64,000 nucleotides of DNA, taken from NCBI GenBank assembly GCA_951406725.2, contig OX597840.1, forward strand, positions 23,622,001 to 23,686,000, in the 5' to 3' direction. This document shows positions 41,253-54,600 of the stretch, piece after piece (positions within the stretch are counted from its first letter, which is position 1; each line of letters begins with the position of its first letter). The DNA is from Octopus vulgaris. Its lineage: Eukaryota. Under the pieces are notes generated by a model. That model was not told the DNA's origin. It saw nothing but the letters and a program-made list of their open reading frames with translations, and searched no databases. The position numbers and the translations under genes are program-made.

Positions 41253-42221
41253 CTGTGGAACAAAATATTAACACATCCCATCATTAACATTCATTTATAA
41301 TAAAATATTTCGTTGTGGACATGTTTAGAGTACAGAATATTAAGGGGAACAACAGTAACCAGCAAGAGTACATCGTAAATTCTTCTGTAAACAATTACAT
41401 ACAAGCAGATTTGTGTGTATACAAGTGTCACATTAACATACATATACAAGGGTGGGCTGAAAATATCAAAGGCTGACTAAGGTGCAGCCTTCCAACATGC
41501 CATCCCAGTCAAACAGTCCAATCCATGCCAGCATGGACAGCAGACGTTAAATGATGATGATGATGATGATGACATACACATTGTTAGTGTGTGTTTTAGG
41601 TTATTTTCACATGAAAGCGTACATGACAACTGATTGTGTCAGAGAAAAGAGAGAAAAAAAAATTGTTGGTAGACAGATAAATCCTATTTACTTCTAAATA
41701 GCAATTTCAAAATGTGTTCATTCACTTTATTATTTAGTACTACATTTTCATGGAGGTCACCGAACTCTAAAATAGTCAGGGGTGGATGGTGAGGTATATC
41801 AGTCAACACAAGCAATCATGTGAATGTCATCAAAATAGTGTTTTTTCGTTTGATCCACTAACAACTGTATTTTCTGTTTATTGTTCTTATTATTGTTGTG
41901 TGGTCTTAAGGCTGCAAGGTGGCAGGATCATTAGCACATGGAGCAAAATGCTTTCTGGCATTTCGTCTGCATTTACATGCTGAGTTCAAATTCAGCTGCG
42001 GTTGATTTTACCTTGCTGTTGATAAAATAAGTACCAGTTATCCCCTCCCTGACCTTGCTGGCCTTGTGCCAGAATTGGAAATCATTATTGTTGTCTTGAG
42101 TCAAGACACTAATGACGGAATAATACATTGGGAGAATTCAAACTAAATAAACATATAAACATGATTATATACAAAAGAGAAAATGTCCTGGTTTATCTTG
42201 TCGTTGCCAGTGAGTACTTAC

Positions 42222-42400
42222 AGTGATTGTAAAAATGTTTTTAATTTTTCTTTCAAATGTTGATTTTTTATGTAGTCCAATGGGGTCACTTTCTTCTTCT
42301 TATTACGATGGTATAAGCTGGCTCCTTGGCTGGCAAGATAACTCCCAACTACTATTCCAGAGAGCCTCCTATCCATGTCCAGTTGGAGCTCTTTGCAGCA
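42222..42400 (-). CDS. Exon CCKELQLDMDRRLSGIVVGSYLASQGASLYHRNKKKKVTPLDYIKNQHLKEKLKTFLQS (ankyrin C-cap, MIB-like)
   Basis: Acceptor tttcatcatttgtag|, donor CT|gtaagt; 179 nt, phase 0 to 2; YLAxxGAxLxxxN and TPLD pattern; not in ORF track. Confidence 0.88.
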
Positions 42401-43411
42401 CTACAAATGATGAAATATAAAACGATGAGTAGAATATTAGACAAATATATATTGTAGATAAACAAATCATGTCAAATGTAGGAAATATAATGGAAAAAGT
42501 ATCACAAATAACAGAACACAACAAACCAACAAGAACCTATCTTTACAACTGGTTTGATAAAGCCAATTGGCCATAACGAAAGAAATACTTATGGAAGAGT
42601 ATTGTATATATAAATATAACACAACAACATAACAACAAACAATGGCAAGCTACACTTTGTTACACAAAGGCCATTCTAATTACCATGGGGGTCGTCTGAT
42701 GGTCTATGGTCACTCAAGATTTTCTGTAATTCCTTATGGAGATTTTAACTGGTCGCGACAAGAAGTATTTTTTTAACAACATACATACTCCTACTTGAAT
42801 TTGTTTACCATCTGCAAAACTGCCATCAAAACTCAGATTTTTGACATCTTCAGATCTGCATCTATGAAAGCAGTCACCCATATTTTCCTACTGGTAATTT
42901 CGATAATCCAAATATTGATTGGGAAACGTTTCACTGGTCACAAAGTGCAACTCATTTCCATAACAACAAACAATGAACAGAGAACACCAAGAACATAATA
43001 ATTTCTTCAGACACAGCAACAAAACCAGCACCAGACAGACATATCCAAGCATATCAATAATGTTTCCAAAATTTATAAAGAAACATTTTTGGCTGATGAA
43101 GTGAAGTAAAGATTGGTGCGGTGGTTGAGGCAACACACCAACACATTATAGTCAAAAAATTGTTGAAACTGTTAGTCTGATAGACAATTCCTATAATAAT
43201 GGGTCGTTGACTTCTCGAGTAGCTTCTTCTCACCAAAGAAGACATTGCAACAATACATAGGTGACCATCAACTGTCTGAAATACAGTCACACATCTGTAG
43301 TGACCGTTACATATTTGGGAATCAAAGAGCTGCTTAAATTCTGCAACAACAGACAATAAACACCATCAGATCTAGCAGTGGATAGATGCTGAGGTCCTTC
43401 AAACAAACAAA

Positions 43412-43464
<53 letters not shown>

Positions 43465-44491
43465 GCACCTAGAAGTAGTTGATAGCTACTGTTATCTAGG
43501 TAATCAAGTCAGTAGTGGAGGTGGATGCGCCAAGAGCATAGCTGCAAGAATAAGATTAAGCAGGGCAAAGTTCAGAGAGCTTCTATCTTTGTTGGTAACA
43601 AAGGGCCTCTATGACTATCTGTCTAGTTACATTGTCATACATACAATCTCGTGACATCACACTTTTGTGTGCACATCTTAATGTAAATTCATTCTCATCA
43701 CATCTCCCTTCATTACAATTATTGCAAGGGGTATTACTGTAGTCAATATACACATAAAGTCCAAGCCATGGCAATATTTGGAATCCTAATTATCAACTTT
43801 GAATAAACTCAGTTATATATTCATTATCATACTGATAAAAGAAACTTTCTTCGAAGTCCATGAATATATATTCTTTAAATTTAATTGTCCATAAACGAAT
43901 TTATTTTCCTTTTCCTTTCTTTGAAGAAGAATAATGAAATATGCTTTCTAGCAATTAACACAGTTCAACTCGTTTAACTTGAAATTCGATATTTAAAACA
44001 GTTTGTGAATTTCTCTTTCTTAAATTTAAAGACTTATCTCTGTCGTTGGTCACCTCTCCTTCATACAGTGATGGCAGTGTTTACATGACACATATTTAAG
44101 ATGGGTTACCTTCTTTACAGTGGAGTGGCCATGCTTTTGAAGGTGAAAGAAGATGGAATATTGTTAGTTACATAATACAACTAGTGCTATCAGGAGAAAC
44201 TGAATTATTTAATACTAAAGAAGAGAAGTGGATGGGAGTGAAAGAAAATAGCAAACAATGTCTGCCTGTTTCTCTATTTTTCTCTCTTTCTCTCACTCAC
44301 ACATACACACATCTTCATCATCATTTTACATTCGTTTTCTATGCTGGCATGGGTTGGATAGTTTGGCAGAAGCTGGGCAGCTGCAGAGCTGCTCAAGCAC
44401 CAATTGCCAGTTTTGGCATAGTTTCTACGGTTGCATGCCCTTCCTAATGCCAACCACACACACATATTCACAAACAATTTTACAAACTTAC

Positions 44492-44704
44492 CTCATCTAA
44501 AATGGGAATGGGTTCCACCTCAGAATGGAACATCTCTTTCTTTATTATGGAGAGGTGCAAACAATTATTGCCATCCTTGTCGACAGCATTCATATTTGCA
44601 CCATGTATAATAAGTTTATGGATTATTCCGAGGTGGGCCCTGGAGACGGCTTTCAGCAATGGTGTTATTTTCTTATGATTCCCAATATCCAGTTTCACTG
44701 AATC
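44492..44704 (-). CDS. Ankyrin exon DSVKLDIGNHKKITPLLKAVSRAHLGIIHKLIIHGANMNAVDKDGNNCLHLSIIKKEMFHSEVEPIPILDE
   Basis: Acceptor ttacttccgcaaag|, donor GAG|gtaagt; 213 nt, phase 0 to 0; resembles the last ankyrins of MIB proteins. Confidence 0.9.
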
Positions 44705-45615
44705 CTTTGCGGAAGTAAAAATAGAAATTGAAAATGTACATGGGATATGTGTTAGGGACATGATAAATCTATTAAGAGGTCTTAAACAGATTGTTTCAGC
44801 CTAATCTATATTTATCTCTCACTAAAGTAAATTTTAGGGGAGCAGAACAAGAGTGAACATATAATTAGCAGATCAAAACTAGTAAAGAAGAATTATGATG
44901 TTGCTATATTAATAAGGGGTTCATAAAACAGGTGAGTTGGTTAGTGTCCACATCTTTAACATTCCTGTACATACACACACATATACATGAATGTTATGGA
45001 AGTGAGATACACACAAACATATATATATATATATAGATATATTTACACACATATATATATATATATATACATACAGGAGTGGCTATGGTAAATAGCTTGC
45101 TTACCAACCACATGATTCCGCGTTTAGTCCCACTGCATGGCACCTTGAGCAAGTGTCTTGTACTATCATCTCGGGCTGGCCAAAGCCTTGTGAGTGGATT
45201 TGGCAGACAAAAACTGAAAGAAGCCCATCGTATATGTGTCTGTGTTTGTCCTCCCAACATTGCTTAACAATCGATGCTGGTGTGTTTACATCCCTGTAAG
45301 CTAGCGATTTGGCAAAAAGGATCAACAGAATAAGTACTAGGCTTACATAGAATAAGTCCTGGACTCGATTACATGTTGTGGCGAGAGTCACAAGTCGCAT
45401 GCAAGAACAGACTTGACTGAATGACTATGAATAGTAGCAGTCTGAGTGAGAGACTAGAGAGAGTAGGTGTTAATTGCAGGAAGTCGTAAGGTGTTGTTTT
45501 CATTGTTTGTTGGTTTGTGTATGGATTGTTGTTGTTACCCTGATTTGTAATATATTTTATTGTTACTACAAGGTTATAGTGTAAACAGTATCATGTCATA
45601 ATAATTGGTGATACA

Positions 45616-45664
<49 letters not shown>

Positions 45665-45952
45665 AATATTATATACTGAATTTATATTAAGTGCTCCATT
45701 GTATAAAATAATATTAATACTATTAAAGTATTTAAATATTTAATATGAGTGATATAGACATATATTTTTTAATAATATATTGTTATTATTAATATAAGGA
45801 AATCAATATTGAATTTTTCACAAAGATATACCCATATGAAAGACTTTATGTATTAAAAATGTATATAAATAAAAAAAATAAATATTATGAAATATAAATA
45901 TGATGTATAAAATAAATTTGAAAGTTTAAAAGTTTTGAATTAAGTTTTAAGC

Positions 45953-46042
45953 ATCTTACGATCGTTTCGCAAAAGGGTTGACCCTATAATTAAGTCCTAT
46001 GTTGATAAGCACTTATAGACAACCCTTCTCCTCTTCAGAGAT
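45953..46042 (-). ncRNA. Type I hammerhead ribozyme
   Basis: Minus strand: auct CUGAAGA G[gagaagggttg...caacccttttg]C GAAA CGAUC GUA agau; intact core, long stem II, palindromic stem III (ACGATCGT), GUA cleavage triplet. Confidence 0.75.
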
Positions 46043-46329
46043 ATAAAATATGAATATTGAATAATGTATCGAATGATATTTTTATATAAAAATTTGAATT
46101 AAAATTGTAAAATGGTGTTTCATATGGGTATATCTTTGTGAAAAATTCGATATTGATTTACTTATATTAATAATAATAATATATTATTAAAAAATACATA
46201 TATTTATATATATATAGGGTTTATCTCCTATTTAATGTAGCAATGATGTAGTGCATAAAATGATGGTGTAGTGTTTGCAGGTTGAAGACTATTGTATGTT
46301 TATGGGTTCTGTCAAATGCAAGCTTTCTT

Positions 46330-46885
46330 TTCAGGTACATGATGCCGCTGTCCCCCATCCCAGGGTCTCATGGACCCATACCTTCAACACCCTCAGGGTT
46401 AGTACTCTCAACGTCGGCACACTGAAAGGTAGGTCTGGTGAGATTGTTAACATGCTTGAACAGAGACGTGTAGATTTGTGCTGCATCCAAGAAGGTGGAG
46501 AGGAAGTTCTGCTAGGTTCCTCACAGGCAAAGAACATAAGTATAAGATTTTCTGGGTAGTGCACACTGATGGAGTCGGGGGCATGAGTATACTTCTTGCA
46601 GAGAAATGGGCTGATAAGGTAATCGAGATAGTCAGTCTGTGATGGAATACTTAAGTTTAGATTAGTGCTGCAACATGGATTAGCAACCATTATCTCGGCT
46701 TATGACCCGCAGCAAGGCCTACCTGATGAACAGAAATACTGATTTTATGATACCCTCTTGCAGACTACCTCGTCAATGAATGACAGGGACCTTCTCTTTG
46801 TGGCTGGTGACTTCAATGGGCACATTGGACAACACGCAGGGGGCTTCCATGCTGTACATGGTGGCTATGGTTTTTGTTCCCACAA
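46330..46885 (+). mobile_element. RTE LINE apurinic-endonuclease fragment
   Basis: LRVSTLNVGTL, DLCCIQE and VAGDFNGHIG. Confidence 0.82.
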
Positions 46886-47662
46886 TTCTGTGTCCCACCA
46901 TGTACCCCTTGGAAGATACCTGGGTGCTGCCCAACACGTCCATTGAAATCACTAGCCATGAAGCTCATGGTCATTTATCTTTGAAGTGGCCAGCAGAAGA
47001 GTGTCATAGAAGTAGCCCTTCAGTTCATTTGACAGACCTTGTAGGGGCAGTTTTTTTTTTAGGGGGGGGGGTGCGCACAAGACGAGATATTTGTTGCATG
47101 TGCTTACATCGACAGTGCTGTGTCTACATTGGCTGCAGCTATCAGCATCTGAAAAGGCTGTTATTAGCATTTTCCTGCCAGCATGTCATTAGCAGTTGTC
47201 CTTGCATTTAATCCTGCATCATTCATGTAATGCTTGTTAACACCACTGGACGTGGGTGTTGTGCTGGCATTAGCACAGAGGTGTTAGTATGGATACCTGT
47301 AAAGAGGAGTTAATCAGGTATTGTCACCACTAACAGTGGAGGGTGTTGCATACCGGCATTCATGCAAAGCCATGTTAATACAAATATAGGTAAATAAGTT
47401 AGGTAGACAAATACAGTAAGGGTAGTTAATCCGTTGAGTTAGGCAGGGAGAGAAGAGAAGGGAAGTTGATTCATCATGTACTGATGATAATGGATTAACG
47501 AAGCAATAGGGACTGAGTTCAGCATGCCCTCATTTAGCTTTGTTGCTGGGGACAAGGACCTTTAACTTATCTCTGCTGCATAATCTGAGTGTGCAATGTG
47601 TCTGACAAGAGTAACTCTCTTTCTGGGTATACATATATATATATATATATACATATATACAC

Positions 47663-48080
47663 AGGCGCAGGAGTGGCTGTGTGGTAAGTAGCTTGCTAAC
47701 CAACCACATGGTTCCGGGTTCAGTCCCACTGCGTGGCATCTTGGGCAAGTGTCTTCTGCTATAGCCCCGGGCCGACCAATGCCTTGTGAGTGGATTTGGT
47801 AGACGGAAACTGAAAGAAGCCTGTCGTATATATGTATATATATGTATATGTGTATGTGTGTGTTTGTGTGTCTGTGTTTTCCCCCCTAGCATTGCTTGAC
47901 AACCGATGCTGGTGTGTTTACGTCCCCGTCACTTAGCGGTTCGGCAAAAGAGATCGATAGAATAAGTACTGGGCTTACAAAGAATAAATCCCGGGGTCGA
48001 TTTGCTCGACTAAAGGCGGTGCTCCAGCATGGCCGCAGTCAAATGACTGAAACGTGTAAAAGAGTAAAGAGTAAAAGAGA
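47663..48080 (+). mobile_element. tRNA-derived SINE family 1 (full copy); other copies at about 16150-16545, 17499-17880, 45074-45365, 60608-61015 (+) and 7150-7290 (-)
   Basis: Head ggcgcaggagtggctgtgtggtaag..ggttcagtcc (A/B boxes), internal microsatellite, tail gaaacaagtaaaagag; highly similar dispersed copies. Confidence 0.9.
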
Positions 48081-48378
48081 AAGAGTACACATTTATACAT
48101 ACGTGCAGAGGGAAAAAGCAGCCAAGAAGCCAAATAAATTATTGGACACAAGATAAAATGCAGACACCAACAATTTACACACACACACACAACATGAGAG
48201 ACAGACACTAAAAGATGATGATCATCATTATTTACATTATTTATATTTGATGGATATTTGTCCTCATCTTGTTTGTTGTTAACACAATGTTTCGGCTGAT
48301 ATACCCGCCAGCCTTTGTCAGGTGTCTTGAGGAAATTTTGAACCTATGTTCTCATTCCAAAGGTATTTTTCAATGTTG

Positions 48379-48415
<37 letters not shown>

Positions 48416-48800
48416 AGTCACTGCCTAGAACTGAACTCGGAATCTTGGGGTTAGTAGCCTGTACTATTAACCACTATGCCATATGCCCACGGGTATATGG
48501 CAGAGTGGTTGATGATGATATATATAATCTGATATATATGGGTTAAATTCATAATGATCTTGTTTTGTCTGACCATTAAAGATAGTACTATCAGCAGTGG
48601 TGGTCAGTTGGACTGTCATCACCACGACTACTATCATCATTGTTATTACCAACATAATTATTCTTCACAGACCCAAGACCTGCTATTTAAAGGCTGCTGC
48701 AGTGCAGTTGATTAAATCTACCCCCAGAATTTCACTGGTATTTTGATGATATAAATATTGAATACTAGAGAGAGGATATAATATGTATTTGTTAACTAAC

Positions 48801-48837
48801 CTGGGCCAGCATCAACGATACCACACCATAATGTTGC
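48801..48837 (-). CDS. 37-nt exon (K)QHYGVVSLMLAQ completing an ankyrin repeat
   Basis: Acceptor ctctttgtataactttcag|, donor CAG|gttagt; bridges phase 2 to phase 0 exactly and supplies helix 2 after GDTPLHLAVQK. Confidence 0.82.
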
Positions 48838-48958
48838 CTGAAAGTTATACAAAGAGGAGAGGAAAAACAATTATTATTATTAGATTAACCAATGAAAACA
48901 AATGTAATTATAACCTAATTACATCAATAATTACATACACACAAATACACATTATACA

Positions 48959-49024
<66 letters not shown>

Positions 49025-49235
49025 CAAAGCAATTAAGATTCAAGTCAATTCCAATGAATTTACTTGAATGTGGTACTTAACTTAGATGCACCAGAAAAAC
49101 AATATGGTGTTAACCATACAGTAATGTGGGGTGATTATAAACGAGAAAGAAGCAACAAGAATCCATTCTTGTTGCTTCTTTCTCGTTTATATATATATAT
49201 ATATATGAGTTAAGGAATGGAGTAGATAAAATCTG

Positions 49236-49320
49236 GGCTACATATGTTTCAAAGCAGGTGGAACATCAGAACTGGTAAATATCCAAACGAGGTGTATACC
49301 ACAGGCTACTCTTCAGACCA
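49236..49320 (-). ncRNA. Hammerhead-like motif (core intact, stem II degenerate)
   Basis: Minus strand: ggt CTGAAGA ... GAAA CATAT GTA gcc; palindromic stem III ACATATGT. Confidence 0.5.
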
Positions 49321-49507
49321 AGGGTGTCTTGATTAAATTAAGTTTACACTGTCAATAGGAGGCACATTTTCAAACACAGAAGATGCAGTAAGGGAAAAAC
49401 CAACAACCTTGCACCCCAATAAACCCCTTTTGTTCCTGAAAGTTGTTTCTTACATTTTCTATGGATTGTTTGAAGCTCACCGTCCTACATCTCAATCCTA
49501 GGATCCT

Positions 49508-49557
<50 letters not shown>

Positions 49558-49726
49558 ATAATACAGTGATTTCATAATTCAAACATTTAATCATAGAATA
49601 TACATATAAACATCCCGCAAGATGGAACATAATTCATCTGTACAAGCATATAAGCATATAATAAGGTGCGAGAAAAAAATTAATCATTTACCACTTGGTG
49701 AATATCATTTATGATTTTACCCTTTA

Positions 49727-49761
<35 letters not shown>

Positions 49762-49767
<6 letters not shown>

Positions 49768-50310
49768 GTGGGAACCCAGAAGGACCCAGAATTTTGCAAT
49801 ATTATTTTCTTTGCTTAGTTTTACGTATTAACACTATTATCACCATCAAAGTAGTCCCCATTTGAAGCACTGCATCGACCCAGACATGTTTCCCACTATT
49901 TGTAGCAGTGCTGGAACTGCCCTGAATGAGGTTGGACCTCAAGTGACAAGTGACCATTCGAAAAGCATGAAAACCACTCGTGATCTTGTGTTTTGCTTGT
50001 GGCATCATGGCAGTGTCCTCGTAAACTGTTTGAAGCATGACAACTGTTTCAGCTGCAGTTTTCTCCAGCAGAAAACAGAATTTCATGGAAGCAAGCTGAT
50101 CCTTCATTTCAGCCATTGCAAAACTCGAACAGGGGAGAAGCCCTGCAAAACAAAGATGCACCACATAGTAACAGTACCATCCTCAAAGATACCACTAGGC
50201 AGGCTGATGCCTGAGTATCGCATCAAGTGGCTTCTAGCAGCAGAAGCCTAAACTTCAATGGCCTTGCTCTACAGAAACGTTTCCGGCCATTTCTGGGTAC
50301 CCACTCGTAT
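49762..50310 (-). mobile_element. Internally deleted mariner element
   Basis: Imperfect TIRs in a TA context; transposase N-terminus MKFCFLLEKTAAETVVMLQTVY and C-terminus CSASNGDYFDGD. Confidence 0.78.
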
Positions 50311-51090
50311 ATTCGATATACTCTCTACATTATAGATCAACGATATATATACACACCTGAGTAAACAGGGCAATCTATATATGGTATGATGAACAACTGT
50401 TATATAGCCATGAAATTTAGGATGGGGAGAAGCGTTAATGTGGATTATAAGGACCCCAATACATGACTGGTATTGTATTTTATTAGCCTAGCAAAGATGG
50501 AAGGACAAGGTGACCTCAGCAGGATTTGAACTCTGAACATAAAGTGTGGTAAATAAATACCACAAGGTATTTTGCCCAACAGCAATCAGACACAAAAACA
50601 GGAGAAAAGAGGGAGGACAATTTATTAAATGAACCCCTGGATATTACTGGTACAGATTTTCACTCCAGGTTGTTAATAAATACTCTGGCAGGATTTGAAC
50701 TTGGAACATAAACAGATCAAACTAAACACTGTAAGGGAATGATTCTTTATTTAGCCCAGGGTCAGAGGAAAGAGGAAAATTACAAGAGAGATGGGATGAG
50801 GTGTTTTATATGGAATGAAAAGAAGAAAAGGAAAGATTTGAACTTGTAACGTTGAGGTAACGAAGGATGAGATGAAGTAAAGAATCTAGTCAGGTAACAA
50901 CAGCAACAATAATAATTATGATGATTAATTAATGAAGTAGGTTACAGTGTCATTAGAGTGTGAGAGAGAGAGTTGAAGCACGACGTCCCATGGTGGGATT
51001 ATGACATGAATGACTCAAAACAAGAAAACAAACGTTATTGAAAACATTAAAGAAACAGATTTGGATAATCCAAATCCATTGGGGACTTAC

Positions 51091-51956
51091 TTTTGAACTG
51101 CCAGATGGAGAGGAGTGTCACCATCATTGTCCACTTTATTGGCATCGATGCCATTTTGTTGTAGGAGAAGTTTAGCTGTGTCTGTGTGTCCTTTCACACA
51201 GGCATGATGTAGAGGTGTCCAGCCACTGTTGGTCACCACCCTCACATCAGTGCCATTTTGTTGTAGGAGAAGTTTAGCTGTGTCTGTGTGTCCTTTCACA
51301 CAGGCATGATGTAGAGGTGTCCAACCACTGTTGGTCACCACCCTCACATCAGTGCCATTTTGTTGTAGGAGAAGTTTAGCTGTGTCTGTGTGTCCAGCCT
51401 GACAGGCAAGATGTAGAGGTGTCCAACCATCGTTGTCCACCACCCTCACATCAGTGCCATTTTGTTGTAGGAGAAGTTTAGCTGTGTCTGTGTGTCCATT
51501 CTGACAGGCAAGATGTAGAGGTGTCCAACCATCGTTGGTCACCACCCTCACATCAGTGCCATTTTGTTGTAGGAGAAGTTTAGCTGTGTCTGTGTGTCCA
51601 TTATACGAGGCAAGATGTAGAGGTGTCTGACCATATTTGGTCACCACCCTCACATCAGTGCCATTTTGTTGTAGAAGTTTAGCTGTGCCTGTGTGTCCAT
51701 TATATGAGGCAAGATGTAGAGGTGTCCAACCATCGTTGGTCACCACCCTCACATCAGTGCCATTTTGTTGTAGGAGAAGTTTAGCTGTGTCTGTGTGTCC
51801 ACGATAAGAGGCAAGATGTAGAGGTGCATGACCACTGTTGGTCACCACCCTCACATCAGTGCCATTTTGTTGTAGGAGAAGTTTAGCAGTGTCTGTGTGT
51901 CCATGAAGTGAGGCAATATGTAGAGGTGTCCAACCATCATTATTTGGCTGAGTGAC
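51091..51956 (-). CDS. Single exon with 8 full near-identical ankyrin repeats (102-bp, 34-aa unit; one 33-aa unit) plus the start of a ninth
   Basis: Acceptor atcttttttag|GTC, donor AA|gtaagt; 866 nt, phase 0 to 2; unit GxxPLHxAxxxGHTDTAKLLLQQNGTDVRVVxxx. Confidence 0.95.
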
Positions 51957-52121
51957 CTAAAAAAGATAAACAATAAAGACATTAAAGATGGCGTCAAGTG
52001 AATGGGGGGCGGAGCAAAAATGAAAAATTTCAGAAAAAGAGAAAGAATCAGATTAATAAACAGGTGGAATGAAGTTGGAGAGGAGTAAATAAATGAGGTT
52101 CATATCATACCTGTACCCACA

Positions 52122-52195
<74 letters not shown>

Positions 52196-52324
52196 TATAT
52201 ATACACTCTCACATCCATATATATATACATACATGTTTTATATTTTCACTGATCACTTGTTTATGTATTTTTGTGTATATATGTGTTTATGTGTGTGTAT
52301 ATTTGCATATATATGTATAGATAT

Positions 52325-54600
52325 CAGCATCATCGTTTAACGTCCGCTTTCCATGCTGTCATGGGTTGGACGGTTTGACTGAGGACTGGTGAGCCAGAGG
52401 CTGCACCAGGCTCAATCTGGTCTGGCAATGTTTCTACAGCTGGATGTCCTTCCTAATGCCAACCACTCCGAGAGTCTAGTTGAGTCCTCTTTTGTGCCAC
52501 CGGCATGAGAGCCAGTCAGGTGGTTCTGGCAACGACCACGCTCACACACAAAAGGTGTTTTTATGTGCTACCTGCACGGGAGCCAGTCCGGTGGCACTGG
52601 CAATGATGATGCTTGAATGTTGTTTTTCATGTGTCACTGGCACGGGAGCCAATCCATGGCCCTGGCAATGATCACGCTTGGATGTGCTTTTAACTTTCCA
52701 CTGGCATCAGTGGTACTGTCATCGGTCACGTCAGCGATTGTGGTTTGTTTTCACTGGCCTCAACAAGTCTTCGCAAGCAAAGTTCATTGTCCAATGAATG
52801 AGGGGTACCCATAAGTGTCCTGGTTACACCCCACATTCGGATGTGCTTTTAATGTTTCACTGGTATGAGTGCCAATCAGGCGGTACTGTCGTTGGCCGCA
52901 TCAGCAATTTTGATTTCACTTGCCTCAATAGTTTTTCGGTTTATCGTCCAATGAATGAGGAGTATTCATAAGTGGGCTGGTTACATCCACTGGCATAGGC
53001 CATGGTTTCCCTTGGCTTGTCGAGTCTTCTCAAGCACAGCATATCTGCAAAGGTCCCAGTCACTAGTCATTGCCTCGGTAAAATCCAATGTTTGAAGGTC
53101 ATGCTTCACCACCTCATCCCAGGTTTTCCTGGGTCTACCTCTTCCACAGGTTCTCTCAACTGCTAGGGTGTAACACTTTTTCACACAGCTGTCCTCATTC
53201 ATTCGCAACACATGACCATACCAGCGGAGTCATCTCTCCTGCACACCACATCAGATGAGTCTTAAATCCAACTTTTCTCTCATGTATGCACAGACATCAC
53301 AAATCCTGTGGAGCATACTGGCTTCATTCCTTGCAAGCTTAGCCATGTCCTCAGCAGTCACAGTCCATGTTTCACTGCCATGTAGCATGGCTGTTTGTAC
53401 ACATGCGTCATACAGTCAAACTTTTACTCAGAGTGAGAGGCCCTTTGTCACCAGCAGGAGTAGGAGCTCTTTGAACTTTGCCCAGGCTATTCTTATTCTA
53501 GCAGCTACACTATGAGAGCATCCACCCCTGCTACTGACTTGGTCCCCTAGTTAATGGAAGCTATCCACTACTTCTAGTTTTTCTCCCTGGAATGTGACAG
53601 AAGCTGTTCTCTGCTCATTTTCCGTGTTTATAGCACCTGAGCATCTGCCACATACAAAAGCTATCTTCCCAGTTAGCCTTCCTTTGATATTACTGCACCT
53701 CTTATGTGTCCATAGCTAACACTGGATACATCTTATAGTTTCTACCTACACCTTTTCTACAGATTGAGCAGGGCCATCTACCTGAAGGGGTTTGTGATTT
53801 GTCTGCCTTGCTACTTATTAAGACTTTGGTTTTAGCTAGGTTGACTCTAAAGACCTTCGATTCTAATCCTTGCTTTGACACCTGAACCTTTTCCTCTAGT
53901 TCTGATAGTGACTCAGTAATTAGAGCAAGGTCATCAGCATAGAGGAGCTCCCAGGGGCATCATGTCTTGAATTCCTCTGTTATTGCTTGGAGGACTATGA
54001 TGAATAAGCGGGGGCTAAGGACAGATACTTGGTGGACCCCTACCCCTACTCGGAATTCTTCTCTATACTTGTTGCCAACCCTCACCTTACTGACAGCATC
54101 CCTGTATGTGACTTGCACAGCTCTCATTAACCATTCATCTATCTCTAGTTTCCTCATTGAGCACCAGATAAGGGATCGGAGGACCCTGTCAAAGGCTTTC
54201 TCCATGTCAACGAAAGCCAGGTACAGAGGTTTATCTTTGGCTAGGTATTACTCCTGCAGTTGCCTTACCAGAAATATAGCATCAGTGGTGCTTTTCCCTA
54301 GCATGAACCTAAGCAGCATCTCATCTAAACTGACTTTCTCCCTAATTAGTTGGGCTATGACCCTCTCCGTGACCTTTATTACCTGATCCAACAACTTAAT
54401 ACTTCTATAATTATTTGTATCTTCCAGTCCTTCCAAGCCTGTTTCTTTTGTCTAATAGCCCTGTCAACAACGCTGTTCCACTACCGTTACCTTAGGTCGA
54501 GAGGGGACTTTGCACCATCCACAGATCTGGTCAGTGGCCCCCAGCAGGTTGTCCCGTAGAAGCCTCCAGTTGTCTTCCACATCATATGATGTTATATCCC
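52325..54600 (-). mobile_element. RTE-clade LINE, degraded RT half plus 3' UTR
   Basis: NNYRSIKLL, STTDAIFLVRQLQE, DMEKAFDRV, VGVHQVSVLSP and GRGRPRKTW with stops and frameshifts. Confidence 0.88.

Noticed and set aside
42780-43380. ORFs 43054-43356 and 42888-43136 as extra exons or a nested gene
   Set aside because: No convincing splice sites or domain; a GNFDNPNIDW remnant suggests a decayed LINE endonuclease.
47105-47300. Apparent minus-strand exon (ctctttacag| ... |gtaagc) inside the ANK-RING-DD gene
   Set aside because: Stops in all three frames, and not needed because the 37-nt exon at 48801-48837 closes the frame.
47663-47735. tRNA gene
   Set aside because: tRNA-like A/B boxes are the head of a multi-copy SINE; no complete cloverleaf.
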